Position numbers and translations under genes: made by a program. The notes under the pieces were generated by a model. The model was given only the letters and a program-made list of their open reading frames with translations, made no database searches and was not told the origin of the DNA. A stretch of DNA of 63,760 nt, the filler included, from Octopus bimaculoides (taxonomy: Eukaryota): assembly GCF_001194135.2 (NCBI RefSeq). It is 8 parts of 7 records of this genome, joined end to end, with 100 filler letters (N's around TTAATTAATTAA, not from the genome) between each part and the next. Parts side by side here need not be neighbours in the genome. Positions count along the whole stretch, not along the records: positions 1 to 19,834 come from NC_068985.1; positions 19,935 to 25,514 come from NC_068990.1; positions 25,615 to 42,541 come from NC_068985.1; 5 more parts are not named here. One strand, 5' to 3'. Below, in pieces: positions 13,520-25,699 of this stretch (position 1 is the stretch's first letter; the number at the start of each line of letters is the position of its first letter).

Positions 13520-13900
13520 GGTTATAGCCGAGACGGTAGTTATGGAACCATTGCAGATTTCTGATATAGCAGATGTATAATTGTTAAAGAGGAAAACAAA
13601 GGTTAAGGCAAGACAAACATCTCGAGTCAGATACATTATTATTACTGAAAAAAATTCAAAGTCTTGCAGCTGTTTCTGGAATATGCCAAAGTATGGGATA
13701 TTCCGTCTTCAGAGACAAATAGAGAACATGAGAAGGGTATATATTAATGAAATGATGACATAAAAGTTTCACAGTTCAACTTTCAGACGTTATAGAAACA
13801 AGTGCATAAGTCCTTAGGTGCAATCCTGCTTAGATCCAAGTGGGTTAAAGTCCTGATATCGTAAACATCAAGAGAAAAAAAAAAGACGCGAACATATCCA
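13520..13900 (+). mobile_element. Degenerate CR1/L2-like LINE ORF2 C-terminal fragment
   Basis: One frame reads LFLEYAKVWDIPS...KSLGAILLRSKW, reminiscent of the LEY..VW.P / L.L.SL..RR region of CR1-type RTs; several stops. Confidence 0.35.
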
Positions 13901-14290
13901 CGTTCAATAACAAAATAGTACCGGAGTGGTAATAGGTAATATTAAGTGGTAATAGGAAAGAGAAGTAAATAAATAATTATATATATATATATNNNNNNNN
14001 NNNNNNNNNNNNNNNNNNNNNNNNNNNNNNNNNNNNNNNNNNNNNNNNNNNNNNNNNNNNNNNNNNNNNNNNNNNNNNNNNNNNNNNNNNNNNNNNNNNN
14101 NNNNNNNNNNNNNNNNNNNNNNNNNNNNNNNNNNNNNNNNNNNNNNNNNNNNNNNNNNNNNNNNNNNNNNNNNNNNNNNNNNNNNNNNNNNNNNNNNNNN
14201 NNNNNNNNNNNNNNNNNNNNNNNNNNNNNNNNNNNNNNNNNNNNNNNNNNNNNNNNNNNNNNNNNNNNNNNNNNNNNNNNNNNNNNNNNN

Positions 14291-14603
14291 ATTTCTAAAT
14301 TTATAGTACACATACAAGAATAAGGGTAGGGAATCGTCAATTAATAATAGAATTAATAATTAACAATTTTGCCAAGTAGTTCAGTATGAAAAAACCTTTA
14401 TCGGTAAAACCATTTATCATCATAAATATACAGGGATTAGCATTGAGTTGCTTCTCCAACATACTGAAAATTTAGAAATAGCAGTCAAAGAACTACTGAT
14501 TCTAAACTACAAATTTTTCTCTAAACGCCATCCGTTTAGAGAAAAACTTGTAGTTTAGAATCAGTAGTTCTTTGACTGCTATTTCTAAATTTATAGTACA
14601 CAT
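14291..14603. repeat. Hairpin/foldback element (60-bp arms, 5-nt loop), possibly Penelope-derived
   Basis: Arms 14468-14527 and 14533-14592 are reverse complements with 1 mismatch; ATTTCTAAATTTATAGTACACAT is directly repeated at 14291 and 14581. Confidence 0.85.
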
Positions 14604-14739
14604 ATATAGACATATAAATATACATTTGTATATGTGTGTAATATATATGTAATATACAAATATACACACACATCCCGCACACAGTTGCATGCAGACGCCC
14701 CACCGGCTGCATTTTTAGATTATCTCTTTCATTAATTAG

Positions 14740-15107
14740 ACAAGACGATTGGCTGCAGTTTTCAGTTTTATCTTAAAAAACTGCAATTCCCCAGAATTCC
14801 CGCTCTCCGCCCACGTTTTCTCTTGCAGCCATTGATTTGTTTGGAAGTTCAAACTGAACTTTAATTGTAACGATTTCAGTGAGCAGGAAGAATCTACTTT
14901 TAAAGTATGAGCTAGATACACCAGAGTGACTATTGTCCATGGTTTCACTTTGAATCTTTCACAATGAACATTTTAGAAATGAGTATCAATTCTTTAAATG
15001 CTTAAATGTCTCTAACTCATTGCTTTTAGGGGAAAACATAAAACACTGTTTCTCTCTCTCTCTCGTTTTTTTTTATCAATATAACGATATTATTTACGAA
15101 GGTAAGC
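14740..15107 (+). promoter_or_regulatory. Candidate promoter and non-coding first exon ending at donor 15101/15102
   Basis: GATTGGC (CCAAT box) near 14748, CCGCCC GC-box near 14807, strong AAG|GTAAGC donor; no sustained ORF. Confidence 0.4.
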
Positions 15108-15613
15108 TATCGAAGTGTCATTTAATTAAACGTTTTGCTTGTTTTGCTTGTGAAGTTAGCATGAATAAATAATCGTGTATCTTCCTCAAAATTTCATTAT
15201 GCATACATCCACCGAATTTAAAAGAAAATAAAACACAACAGATCTGTTTTTATGTAACTTGATTAAAAATCTTGTTTCTATATTAGCATTCTTGAAATAA
15301 TCAAATTAATCGTTCACTTTACCTGCCCTCCAGAAGAGTTGCGAAATTATAGTCTGTTAACTTTTTCTTTCAGTGAAAAGCATTATTCTGTTTCAGTGTG
15401 CAAAATGTATTGATGTTCGAAATGTGATCATATTAATAAATGTATTGTATTTTTTCTATAATGTTTCGCAAAGACGTCATTCATACCATTTTCAAGTAAA
15501 TATCCAGAAGCCTTACAACATTTCCACACATGAGTACCATATACATACATACTTACACACATGCATACATACATACTTATATGTACATATATGTATGTAT
15601 GCATGTATGTATG

Positions 15614-15668
<55 letters not shown>

Positions 15669-16453
15669 AAATAATGTTTATCCACCATTTGAGGATAAGC
15701 ACAATTAGCTCGAAACCGTACAGTCTGGTGGTCCCGTCGTCTGCTAGAAGAGGGTACGGGTTTTCTCCCCTGCTTGCAATATATATCGGGTGCAGATTGC
15801 ATCGATAACTAGTTTGAGGAGGCTCCTCCTGTGTTATGTATGTATATACACGTATACATGGATGTACATACATACAAACACATACATGATGACTGAAATT
15901 CGATTTTGAGCAATGCCCATGATTGAACGATCTCTTAAAGCAGCACGGACGTAGTTTGTCAGCCTTGCTAGGAACGTACACAATTTTGCACGAATGCGTC
16001 ATCAAGGGGCGCCTCTAGCAACAGCTGTTCAGTGAGTTACAACTTACGCTGACGCATGCCTTCATTCCATCATGGAGTTTTTCATTGCCTGTTTCGGCAA
16101 CGACCAGCCGTAGTATGCAGCACATAATAGGTATGTTAATAGAGATGTCAGAAATTGAGGGATACCTATGCCTGAAGTTTTTCAGAATGAGGAAAAGCCT
16201 TGAACAGAGCCAATCCCACTCTCTAAACGTTTGCATTTTCCCCCCAAAAAGAATTAGTTAACATCAATGGATGCAAACCAAGTGGCAGAGTTTTCCTTTT
16301 CCTAGGGAGATGTCTCAACAAAGACGGGAGGTCTCTCTCATTCCTAGCGTTTGGAGTGCCATTAACTTCGCTGAGTTCATCCGCCCATACGCACATACAC
16401 ACATACAAACAAACATACATACCTACAATGCATGGGTGCATACATATGTACAT

Positions 16454-16560
16454 CAGGGCCGGATTAAGACTCATAAAAGCCCTAAGAACTTCGATTTTGG
16501 TGGCTCCATATATATGTAATTCAAAATATAAACAATAATAAGCCATAAAATAAATTAAAA
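16454..16560 (+). mobile_element. hAT-like MITE terminus
   Basis: Begins CAGGGCCGGATTAAG, a typical hAT-MITE end; no partner TIR was confidently found. Confidence 0.35.
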
Positions 16561-16646
16561 TTTTTCAAAATGAAACAAAATTAACGTAAGGTGGAAAATA
16601 ATGTTTATTTTTGTATACTTCCACTTATATTTGGAAAGCATTCTCC

Positions 16647-16680
<34 letters not shown>

Positions 16681-16682
<2 letters not shown>

Positions 16683-17667
16683 AAATATACAATTAAATAT
16701 CTGGGACTGCGATGAAGACAAAAGTTGCTCCAAATTACACCAATCTAGTCACGGCGTACATGGAAGTCCAGAGATATAAACAATCTAAATTATAATATGG
16801 CTTGAACATCCTCAAATATCTACTAGAAAACTGGAAACATTGCCTAGATGACTGCCTAATCCTATGGACGCACACATCTGAACAACTTATATAGTTCAAG
16901 AACCTAAGAAACAGTATAAACAATAATATCAACTTTACCATGGAATGCAATAAAACTCAACATGGAATGCAATCTGGATATACTTATCATCTAAAGAGAT
17001 AAAAACATTGAAACAGACATTCACTACAATCAAACAGATTCTAAACTATACTCATTGTTCTTCTCATGTCATCCCAAACACACGGAAAATAATATTCCCT
17101 TTAATCTAGAGAGAAGAATCTGCACAATTGTCTCAAACCCTGAAACTCGCAATAAAAGACACTAGGAACTAAATCAAATACTACTTAAAAGACAATATCC
17201 ATTAATGTTAATAGACAATGGAATAGAACGTGCCAAAGCAATAAATATCCAAGAACTACGAAAAACGAAAAACGCTCCAGGTACATCCAATATTATTACA
17301 ACACACAACCCAGGAAACACAGAGGTTTACAATATTATCCACCAGAACATTCCATTACTAAAACAAAACCAAAAATGAAACACGCATTCGAAATACACAA
17401 TCAAAGTCTTCCCCCAAATTCCCCCACAAGTGCTAAATTACCTTCAACAATTCCCACACCAGCAGTCAAAAGGTATGGCCACCCCGATTGCAAGACTTAC
17501 ATCAACCCTATTGAAGACACAACATACAAATTCAAATCAGGACAGATTTTTACCATAAAAAAATCTCTTTACATGTTCTTCAAGGAATTTAATATACGCT
17601 ATCATTTGTCAAGCTGCGTAATAAGCCACGTTTCTTTATTTCAACCTTTTGAAAATCAGTGTAAACT
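16681..17667 (+). mobile_element. Penelope-like retroelement relic (RT C-half, thumb and start of GIY-YIG region)
   Basis: GTAMKTKVAPNYTNLV (GTAMG..AP motif), WKHCLDDCLILW (YxDD equivalent), IPFNLERRICTIVS, G.P.CKT...FKSGQIFTIK; frameshifted; the right end runs into a gap. Confidence 0.9.
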
Positions 17668-17789
17668 NNNNNNNNNNNNNNNNNNNNNNNNNNNNNNNNN
17701 NNNNNNNNNNNNNNNNNNNNNNNNNNNNNNNNNNNNNNNNNNNNNNNNNNNNNNNNNNNNNNNNNNNNNNNNNNNNNNNNNNNNNNNNN

Positions 17790-17833
<44 letters not shown>

Positions 17834-19045
17834 TGTGTGTATCTGTGTGTGAGTGTGAGTGTGAGTGTGAGTGTGTGTGTGTGTGTGCGTGTGCGTGTGT
17901 GTATGTGTGTGTTTTAAGAAAAAGATATTTAAAATATACAATCCATATTTCAGCTTTAATTTCATCGCTCTCGTGACCAAAAAGTATCTTTAAAATACCA
18001 ACGTATATAATTTATGTTTAATATATATTATATACTACTGGTCATTTCAAGTAGATTAGAGATATATTCAATACACTATAGTTCTCTTTTAATTATTTGT
18101 ATAAACGGAAAGAAATGTTTTCACTGAAATATTTTCACTAAGCTGCATGATTATACAAATGAAGATATCACACAAGATTCCGACACTCGTCACGTGAAAG
18201 CAAGGAATGCTCGCATTAGAATTTAAATATTACGTTTGATAAAACGTATTATATACATCATTGTAACAATAGCGCTCCAAAGATATCAGACATTTTATCT
18301 TTCACGCAAAAGAATTATGATTAAAATGATTCTCTTCCAAAAGTAAAGTTAATGAATAAAATGTTGCCAATATTTACTTATCAATATATTTGGCATAAGA
18401 TATAACTCCCCAGCATCTGGTTCTGAAATAATTTTCATACTGAATCTCCCAGTTTAAGAATGAAACCAATTACCCTAAGACTAATCATATTATTATGCGT
18501 AGGAGTGACTAGAGCTAGCTGCATTATTGGCTGGAGTCAGAAATAGCTGCTGCTAATGTAATCTTTATCTTGCTAGAGACCAGTTTGTTGTTTAATGGTT
18601 ACGTGATAGAAACCGAACGACTTGCTATTTGAATAAAAAATATTACTCACACACTGTTTCCGTTATCATAATTATGGATTACAGAATTGATCCTTAGAAT
18701 CTTTTGTGAGGTATGATATGTTAGAGAATTAAGTTTAATCTGACAATAAGATGAAGAAATGTATTAACTAGATTTTTGGCATGTGAAACACTCTAAAACG
18801 GTGATTACTTTTATAGTTTCAGTCAGTTAAATATGTTTAAACCAAATCTGTCGTCATTCTAGTGTAATGCAATACCACGTTTCACAGGATCAATAAAGTA
18901 ATGAAACGTGAATGTGGAAGATCAGAAAATGCATAGATTCAGTCGATTCTCAAATACCACAACGTGCGCGAGCGCATTTGAGTTTATACATACATATATA
19001 TATGCATATACATATGTATATACAGACATGTTAACATGCATATAG

Positions 19046-19142
<97 letters not shown>

Positions 19143-19298
19143 ATTATATGTATTTATTTTATCCTAATAAATAATAATTCGGATAGAATAAATGGGTTAA
19201 TAGAAACCAAGGTAGCAAAGATCACAAAATAACTGTGGTGTAATTCCTGTTAGTGAGGCAGAAACTCCTTGATATTTTGGGTATTTGAGTATATATAA

Positions 19299-19546
19299 AA
19301 ATTTAAGGAATGGAGTAAACGCATGTTATAACTGCATACTTTATTCCGACATATGTTTCGAAGAATTACAATTTATGCGATCCATAGGAATCGTCGATGT
19401 TAAAAATGTAAGCTTCTCCTCAGAGAATGTATGGGAACCATCTTAAACGTAATACATTATGACCGAATATAAATTGTAATTCTTCGAAACATATGTCGGA
19501 ATAAAGTATGCAGTTATAACATGCGTTTACTCCATTCCTTAAATTT
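19299..19546. mobile_element. 248-bp element with perfect 78-bp terminal inverted repeats (Penelope-LTR-like)
   Basis: 19299-19376 is the exact reverse complement of 19469-19546; TA-rich flanks; contains a hammerhead motif. Confidence 0.9.
19343..19428 (-). ncRNA. Minimal type I hammerhead ribozyme
   Basis: Minus strand: stem I AUUCU/GGAAU; core CUGAGGA; stem II GAAG...CUUC (extendable UUACA/UGUAA); GAAAC; palindromic stem III AC-AUAU-GU; cleavage triplet GUC (C17 = position 19348). Confidence 0.85.
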
Positions 19547-19627
19547 ATATATATATGTACACGCGCATATGTATATAAATGCATACGCGATTGCAAGAGC
19601 AGGTATTCACATGTTTGTATACTCTTT

Positions 19628-19790
19628 TTTTTTTACTCTTTCTACTCGTTTCAATCATTTGACTGCGGCCATGCTAGAGCACCACCTTTAACCGAACCGC
19701 TAAGTTACAGGGACGTAAACACACCAGCATCGGTTGTCAAGCGATGTTGGAGGGACAAACACAGACACACAAACATATACACACACATAC
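19628..19790 (-). mobile_element. SINE family C, 3' part
   Basis: GTTTCAATCATTTGACTGCGGCCATGCT...GGGACGTAAACACACCAGCATCGGTTGTCAAGCGATG matches 42125-42320 and the reverse complement of 47770-47930. Confidence 0.8.
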
Positions 19791-19934
19791 ATGTATATAC
19801 ATATACATATATATACATATACATAAATATACATNNNNNNNNNNNNNNNNNNNNNNNNNNNNNNNNNNNNNNNNNNNNTTAATTAATTAANNNNNNNNNN
19901 NNNNNNNNNNNNNNNNNNNNNNNNNNNNNNNNNN

Positions 19935-20205
19935 TAGATAGATAGATATCTTTTTATTATAGCCCCACAGGGCTAAATACAGAAAATGGACAAATTACAA
20001 TGTAGAGCTTTTGTTTGGCGGTGAAAGGGGTGATAATTTCGATCAAAAGGGATCGCGGGGAAAAAAAAAGGAAGGGTGGCGCGATCAATAAGGATCGTGT
20101 ATCACAGTCAATGTAAAAAAACGGGGAACAGATTAGGTTTATCCGTGGAGAGAAAAGCCTTCGGAAAAGACCACGGTCACCTCAGGCTTGACCGTGGACT
20201 TTTCT
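19935..20205 (-). mobile_element. Probable LINE 3' UTR/end with AATAAA and (ATCT)n tail
   Basis: Minus strand ends GCCCTGTGGGGCTATAATAAAAAGATATCT(ATCT)n; family assignment (Tx1/L1-like) is from recall only. Confidence 0.45.
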
Positions 20206-20206
20206 G

Positions 20207-20250
20207 TAGATAGATAGATAGATAGGTAGACAGACAAACAGATAGATAAT

Positions 20251-20318
<68 letters not shown>

Positions 20319-20839
20319 CAAACAGATATATAGATAATGATGAGAACACTATAAAAGAAAGAGTGAAAAGGTAATGTTGGTTGCAGATAGATGCAAAAAA
20401 TCAAAATAGTAAGAAAGAGAGGAGAGAAAGAAGGAGATAAAAATAACGAGAGAGAGAGAGAGAGAGATCGACAGACAGAGATAGACACATATTGAAAGAA
20501 GTGGGAGAGAACGAGTGGAAACAAGATGAGAGAGAGAGAGAGAGAGAGAAATGAAGGAACAAGAAACAGATATATATATATACATAATTATAGGAGTCAG
20601 AGGTATATAGAATATGAGATAGAATTAAAGAGCATTGTTTAGAGAGGGTGATGGCGGTGGGTGGGTGCATAGATTCTTAAACACAATGACTTTTGAAGGA
20701 AGAGCAAAGTATGGAGAACAAAGAGACCAAAGGAGGAGGAGGAAAAGAAAAGAAGAGAAGGGGAGAGAGAGAGAGAGGTGAGTGAGAGAGAGATCACAAA
20801 AAGGAAAAGATACATGAAGGATATTGATAGAATGTATAA

Positions 20840-20885
<46 letters not shown>

Positions 20886-20895
20886 NNNNNNNNNN

Positions 20896-20936
<41 letters not shown>

Positions 20937-21287
20937 ACAATAGTAATAATGATTATTATTATAGTAATAATGGCGATAACAGAAACAATAATAATAATTA
21001 TAATAATTATAATAATAATCATAATTAATATGAGATTGACAGAGAGAGGGGGGCAGAGAGTGAGGAAGGGTGAGAGAAAGAGATTGTACGTGTTGTGTAT
21101 GAGCGTGTGTGTAAGCATGTGTGTATGTGTGTGCATGGGTGTGTGAGAGTGAGAGAGAGAGAGAGAGAGTGAGAGAGAGAGACAGATAAACAGAAATTGG
21201 CGGGAAGAGAGAAAGAGTCGCGAGAAAGGAAAAGAGCAGATTGAAAGAGAGAGAGAGAGGGAGAAATGAGAGAGATGGAGAACGAGC

Positions 21288-21324
<37 letters not shown>

Positions 21325-21436
21325 CGGAGATCGATAGATATGCATATTGAGAGAGAGAAATGAGGGAGATGGAGATTAATGATGATGATGACGATGATGA
21401 TGATGATGATGATGATGATGACGACGGAGATATATG

Positions 21437-21468
<32 letters not shown>

Positions 21469-21536
21469 CAGACAGACAGACAGAGACCGAGACAGAGAGA
21501 GACAGAGACAGAGAGAGAGNNNNNNNNNNCAGAGAC

Positions 21537-21577
<41 letters not shown>

Positions 21578-21668
21578 GTGAGAGAGAGAAATGAGGGTGA
21601 TGGAGAATGACGAGGATGATGATGACGGAGATAGGTAGATGGATAGATAAATAGATAGAGTGATAGAT

Positions 21669-21709
<41 letters not shown>

Positions 21710-21740
21710 ATCAGACAGACAGACAGACAGACAGACAGAA
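20207..21740. repeat. Compound microsatellite field: (GATA)n, (GA)n, (TAG)n, (AAT)n, (GAT)n, with a thrice-repeated GAGAAATGAG..GATGGAGA..(GAT)nGACGGAGAT unit
   Basis: Direct inspection; higher-order units at about 21260, 21355 and 21585. Confidence 0.9.
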
Positions 21741-22387
21741 CGAGCGGGAAAAGAGGATGAGACGGTGAAAAATGGTGGAAAGAAATTGAAATCTAAATAG
21801 AGAAGGACGAAGAAAATAGGATTTATAACAAATCACAAAGAGACTAAATAGAAAACTTAATTACCGGAACGTTAACAACACAGCCAGAAAGACAATAAAT
21901 GCTCAATATAATCTAAAAACGAAATTCCTCTTATTTGTTATTCAGACATTTTCATTAATTTATTTTTAGATTTTCATACAAACGAAAATGTCTTCGATTT
22001 CTTTTTTTCCTTGTTCTTGATATGATTCTTGTTATTGTTTTGTTGTTGTTGATGTTGTTGCCCTCTATCGTTTTTAAGTTCAATGTAGTTTATTTTGTTA
22101 TTTTCTTTTCTTTCTAATGTATATTTTTCTTCATCATATCGAACGCATAAAGAACAAAATAAAAAGGAGGGAAATAAGTGTGTGGTGTGGGGGGAGAGAG
22201 AGAGAAGGAGACGGAGAAATCGATCGTGTGTGTGAGTGTGTGGTTGATTATCAATCAATCAATCAATGAGTCCAAAGGTCGATGGTTTGTAACACCCTAT
22301 CGATTTGCGTTCGCTGTGTACAGTAAGTCTCCATGTTCGGGACCTATGTAATTTGTTTTAAAATATTTTCTGTCCCACAATACGTAG

Positions 22388-22543
22388 CTGTGAATTGGCT
22401 TTGCGCTGTTATGTTGTGCAGCCACAAATTAAACCTGGTCGTACAGACCTCCCCTTCGTTAACGTTTCTGCTATTAGTAATTCATCAGAATATGTGAGGG
22501 ACGTAGTGAACGCGTCGGTCAGAGTCGTCTCAGCCTATCCCAG
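22388..22543 (+). CDS. Candidate symmetric (phase 2-2) 156-nt exon, product unidentified (CELALRCYVVQPQIKPGRTDLPFVNVSAISNSSEYVRDVVNASVRVVSAYP)
   Basis: TTTTCTGTCCCACAATACGTAG| acceptor, CAG|GTGAAT donor, open frame, non-repetitive; no family recognised. Confidence 0.3.
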
Positions 22544-22582
22544 GTGAATTCCGCCGAAAGTACAAGTAAAATGGCAATCATA

Positions 22583-23443
22583 CGTAGTCTGATCAATAAG
22601 GATCCGGACTGTTGCCATAGTAACGAAGCTAATGCTCGCAGAGTGAAACTGCTTAACACAGATTGACCTTGATTTTTGCTGTGCAGGTCCACTAAGTTTT
22701 AACGTTCAAGCTCACTTCCGCTGTTTGTAGCAGTGCTTGGAAGGAACGTGTATAGCATGTGATCGTCGCATTGACCACGAATCTGCATCAAATTTTGCCA
22801 AAAGCTTGGCGATTTCTGCTCAGAGGCCAACGCAAAGTTGCAGAAAGTGTATGGAGAGGAGTGTTTGCGCTGAAAAAATGTCGATTGGGACGAACGTTCT
22901 GGGAGACCCGCAAACAACAGAAATGAGAAAAACATCGCAGACGTGTGTCCAGCTGTGAAGGGAAATCATCAAATCACCATCCGTGAGTTATCAGATATGC
23001 AGATTAGTTATGGTTCAGTTCTGTCCATTATCACTGAAAATTTAGATATGAGACGCGTATCTGCCAAGTTTGTGCCAAAACTTATTTCAGCTGACAGAGC
23101 ACCTGCCCATTCAGCGCAGCTTGTGCAGCAGTTTTTGGCTAAGCACAGCATTCCCCAGGTATGACAGCCACCGTATTCCCCAGATCTCTTCCCTTTTTCC
23201 TCTTTCCAAAAATCAAATCCCACTTGAAAGGAAGCAAATTTCGGGACGTCAAGGAACTCAAAGTGAATGTAGTGAGGCATCTGCTGATTATCCCAGAAAA
23301 CACGAGTTCCAGGAATACTTCCATCAATGAAAACGGTGCTGGATTAAATGTGCGGCTTTCGAAGTGGACTTCTTTGAAGGAGATTAAATACCAAATTGGC
23401 ACGTGTTGTAGTTTTGTTTTTATAACACCAATCCGGATACTTA
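22583..23443 (+). mobile_element. Internally deleted mariner element
   Basis: TA|CGTAGTCTGATCAATAAGGATCCGGA left TIR and partial right TIR ATCCGGATACTTA; peptides ITIRELS...ENLDMRRVSAKFVPKL, APAHSAQLVQQFLAKHSI and FFLFPKIKSHLKG. Confidence 0.9.
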
Positions 23444-23703
23444 AGAGTATATATAAAACTATATTATCCGAGAGAGTGAAGGCTAGTTCACAAGCGAGTA
23501 TGCTGCTGTCCACACGATCGCAAGAATGTAGTTTCGATTACTGTATTTGGCAGTGCGTTAATTTCTTCCGAAAAACACTTCATCTGACGTTGCTCAAGTC
23601 CACTCAGTTGTAAGTGAATAAACCCGTAACGGACTGGCTTCCCATTCAGTAGGAATTGTTGGAATCTCGCTCATTTATGCGACCTGGTAACCGTGCGATA
23701 GGC

Positions 23704-23748
<45 letters not shown>

Positions 23749-24041
23749 CAACCATCAATCCATTCATACGTCCGTGCACACGCATACATACTGAGAAAGA
23801 GAAAGTAAGAGAGAGAAGGAAACAGAGAGAAAGAAAAGAGGAAATGAGACATAGAAAGAAAGAGAGAGAGAGCGAGAGAAATAGAAGAGCGAAACTGCAC
23901 ATATTCACACTCATTAATTTCTAACAGTGTCTCAGTTTGTCCCTCGTGTAATAGAATGTGTGTTTACGCGTATTTCCACATTCTTCCTCCGTCTGCCCGT
24001 CTGCTTTCACGATCTCATTTTGCGTACACACACCCACATAC

Positions 24042-24084
<43 letters not shown>

Positions 24085-24648
24085 CACACACACTCACTCA
24101 CTCACTCACGCACCTACGCACGCACGTCCATTTTGTTAATTATATATGTATTTCTATATAAACACCGTCGTCTCTTTACTATTTCATTTCTAATTTATTG
24201 AACAAGTGAACAGGATGCCATAAACTCAGTGTCAGCGCTTCTTTTGATGGACAAGAGCAATTAGTATTAGTTACAAACTGAACTTCTGGAGTGTTTTTGT
24301 ATGTTTTGACAGCTGCCGTTGTCGGTTATAAGATGACTGCGCGCGAATCAATGCATTTCTTTCATTCTTTGGTGTAAGACAAATTTCCCAAGAATGGTGT
24401 CGAAATATTTTATTTGTTATTAGCTGCACATATCGTCGACTATAATAAGTACAAATGTCAACTCGTTTAATCTTGGCGTATTAATTGCTAATTTAAAATG
24501 CTTCATTAATTGTCTACATACTTTTATTTATTCTTTATATTAATTCAAGTTCGTTGTTTACCAGTAGCGCAATTAACTCTAATTAAGGACATTCACAACG
24601 CATTACTAAAAGCCGATCAACTTCGCTATTATAATTATTTATTATCAT

Positions 24649-25070
24649 TAAGGCGGCGAGCTGGCAGGATCGTTAGGACGCTGGACGAAATGCTTAGTGG
24701 TATTTACTTTCTGAGTTCAAATTCCACTGAGGTCGACTTTGCCTTTCATCCGTTCGGAGTCGTTAAAATAAGTACCAGTTGTGTACTGGGTCGATCTGAT
24801 CGACTGGCCCCTCCCTTAACATTTCTACCTTTGTGCCTATAGTAGAAAGGATTATTATATAAAGCAGCGAGCTGACAGAATCGCTAGGACGCCGGGCGAA
24901 ACGCTTAGCGGCATTTTGTCCATTTCTACGTTCTTAGTTCAAATTCTGCCGAGATCGACTTTGCCTTTCAACATTTCGGGATCGATAAATTAAATACCAG
25001 GTATGCACTGGGGTATATGTAATCGACTAGTCTCCGCCCAACAAATTTCAGGCCTTATGCCTATAGTAGA
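24649..25070 (+). mobile_element. Two tandem SINE family A copies (24649-24850 and 24862-25070)
   Basis: AAGGCGGCGAGCTGGCAGGATCGTTAG and AAAGCAGCGAGCTGACAGAATCGCTAG heads, each followed by GTTCAAATT...GTCGACTTTGCCTTTCA-like bodies. Confidence 0.9.
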
Positions 25071-25465
25071 AGTTATTATTATTATTATTAACCCCGTTCT
25101 TTGTGTCTGGTAATAAATTACGTATGTTGTACCTTTGCCAACATTTATTCAAGGTTTTTACAGTTATAATATCAAAAAGCAAATAAGGTCACTTTTACAA
25201 GTTTCTCCTATTGTTAAACTACCTCTAATTTTAGTTCACTCCAGACTTCATAATTTAAATTTCGACCTAGTTCGCTGATTCTTCCTCGTATGCTGTTCTA
25301 ATGTACGCATGCGCAATTGAATAATGCGTTTATATATATACGTGTGTTGATGGCTGTTTGCACGTACAAACGTCACTATGTTCATTTGTGTCTGTGAGAC
25401 AGAGAGAGTGTGCTTTGTGGAGAAATGTATATGCATATATGTATATATATGAAGTAATATGTATG

Positions 25466-25514
<49 letters not shown>

Positions 25515-25699
25515 NNNNNNNNNNNNNNNNNNNNNNNNNNNNNNNNNNNNNNNNNNNNTTAATTAATTAANNNNNNNNNNNNNNNNNNNNNNNNNNNNNN
25601 NNNNNNNNNNNNNNCTCATAAATTATGTGTTTTTTTATACTCCTTTTATTTAAAAAAATTTAAATAAAGTTCTTTTTTAATCTAAAAATATACTCTTCT

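Noticed and set aside
15890-16260. Protein-like frame with several stops (possible old LINE or hAT fragment)
   Set aside because: No diagnostic motif could be matched with confidence.
22455-22495. Minus-strand CTGATGA...GAAAC
   Set aside because: Helices I and II do not pair, so it is not a hammerhead.
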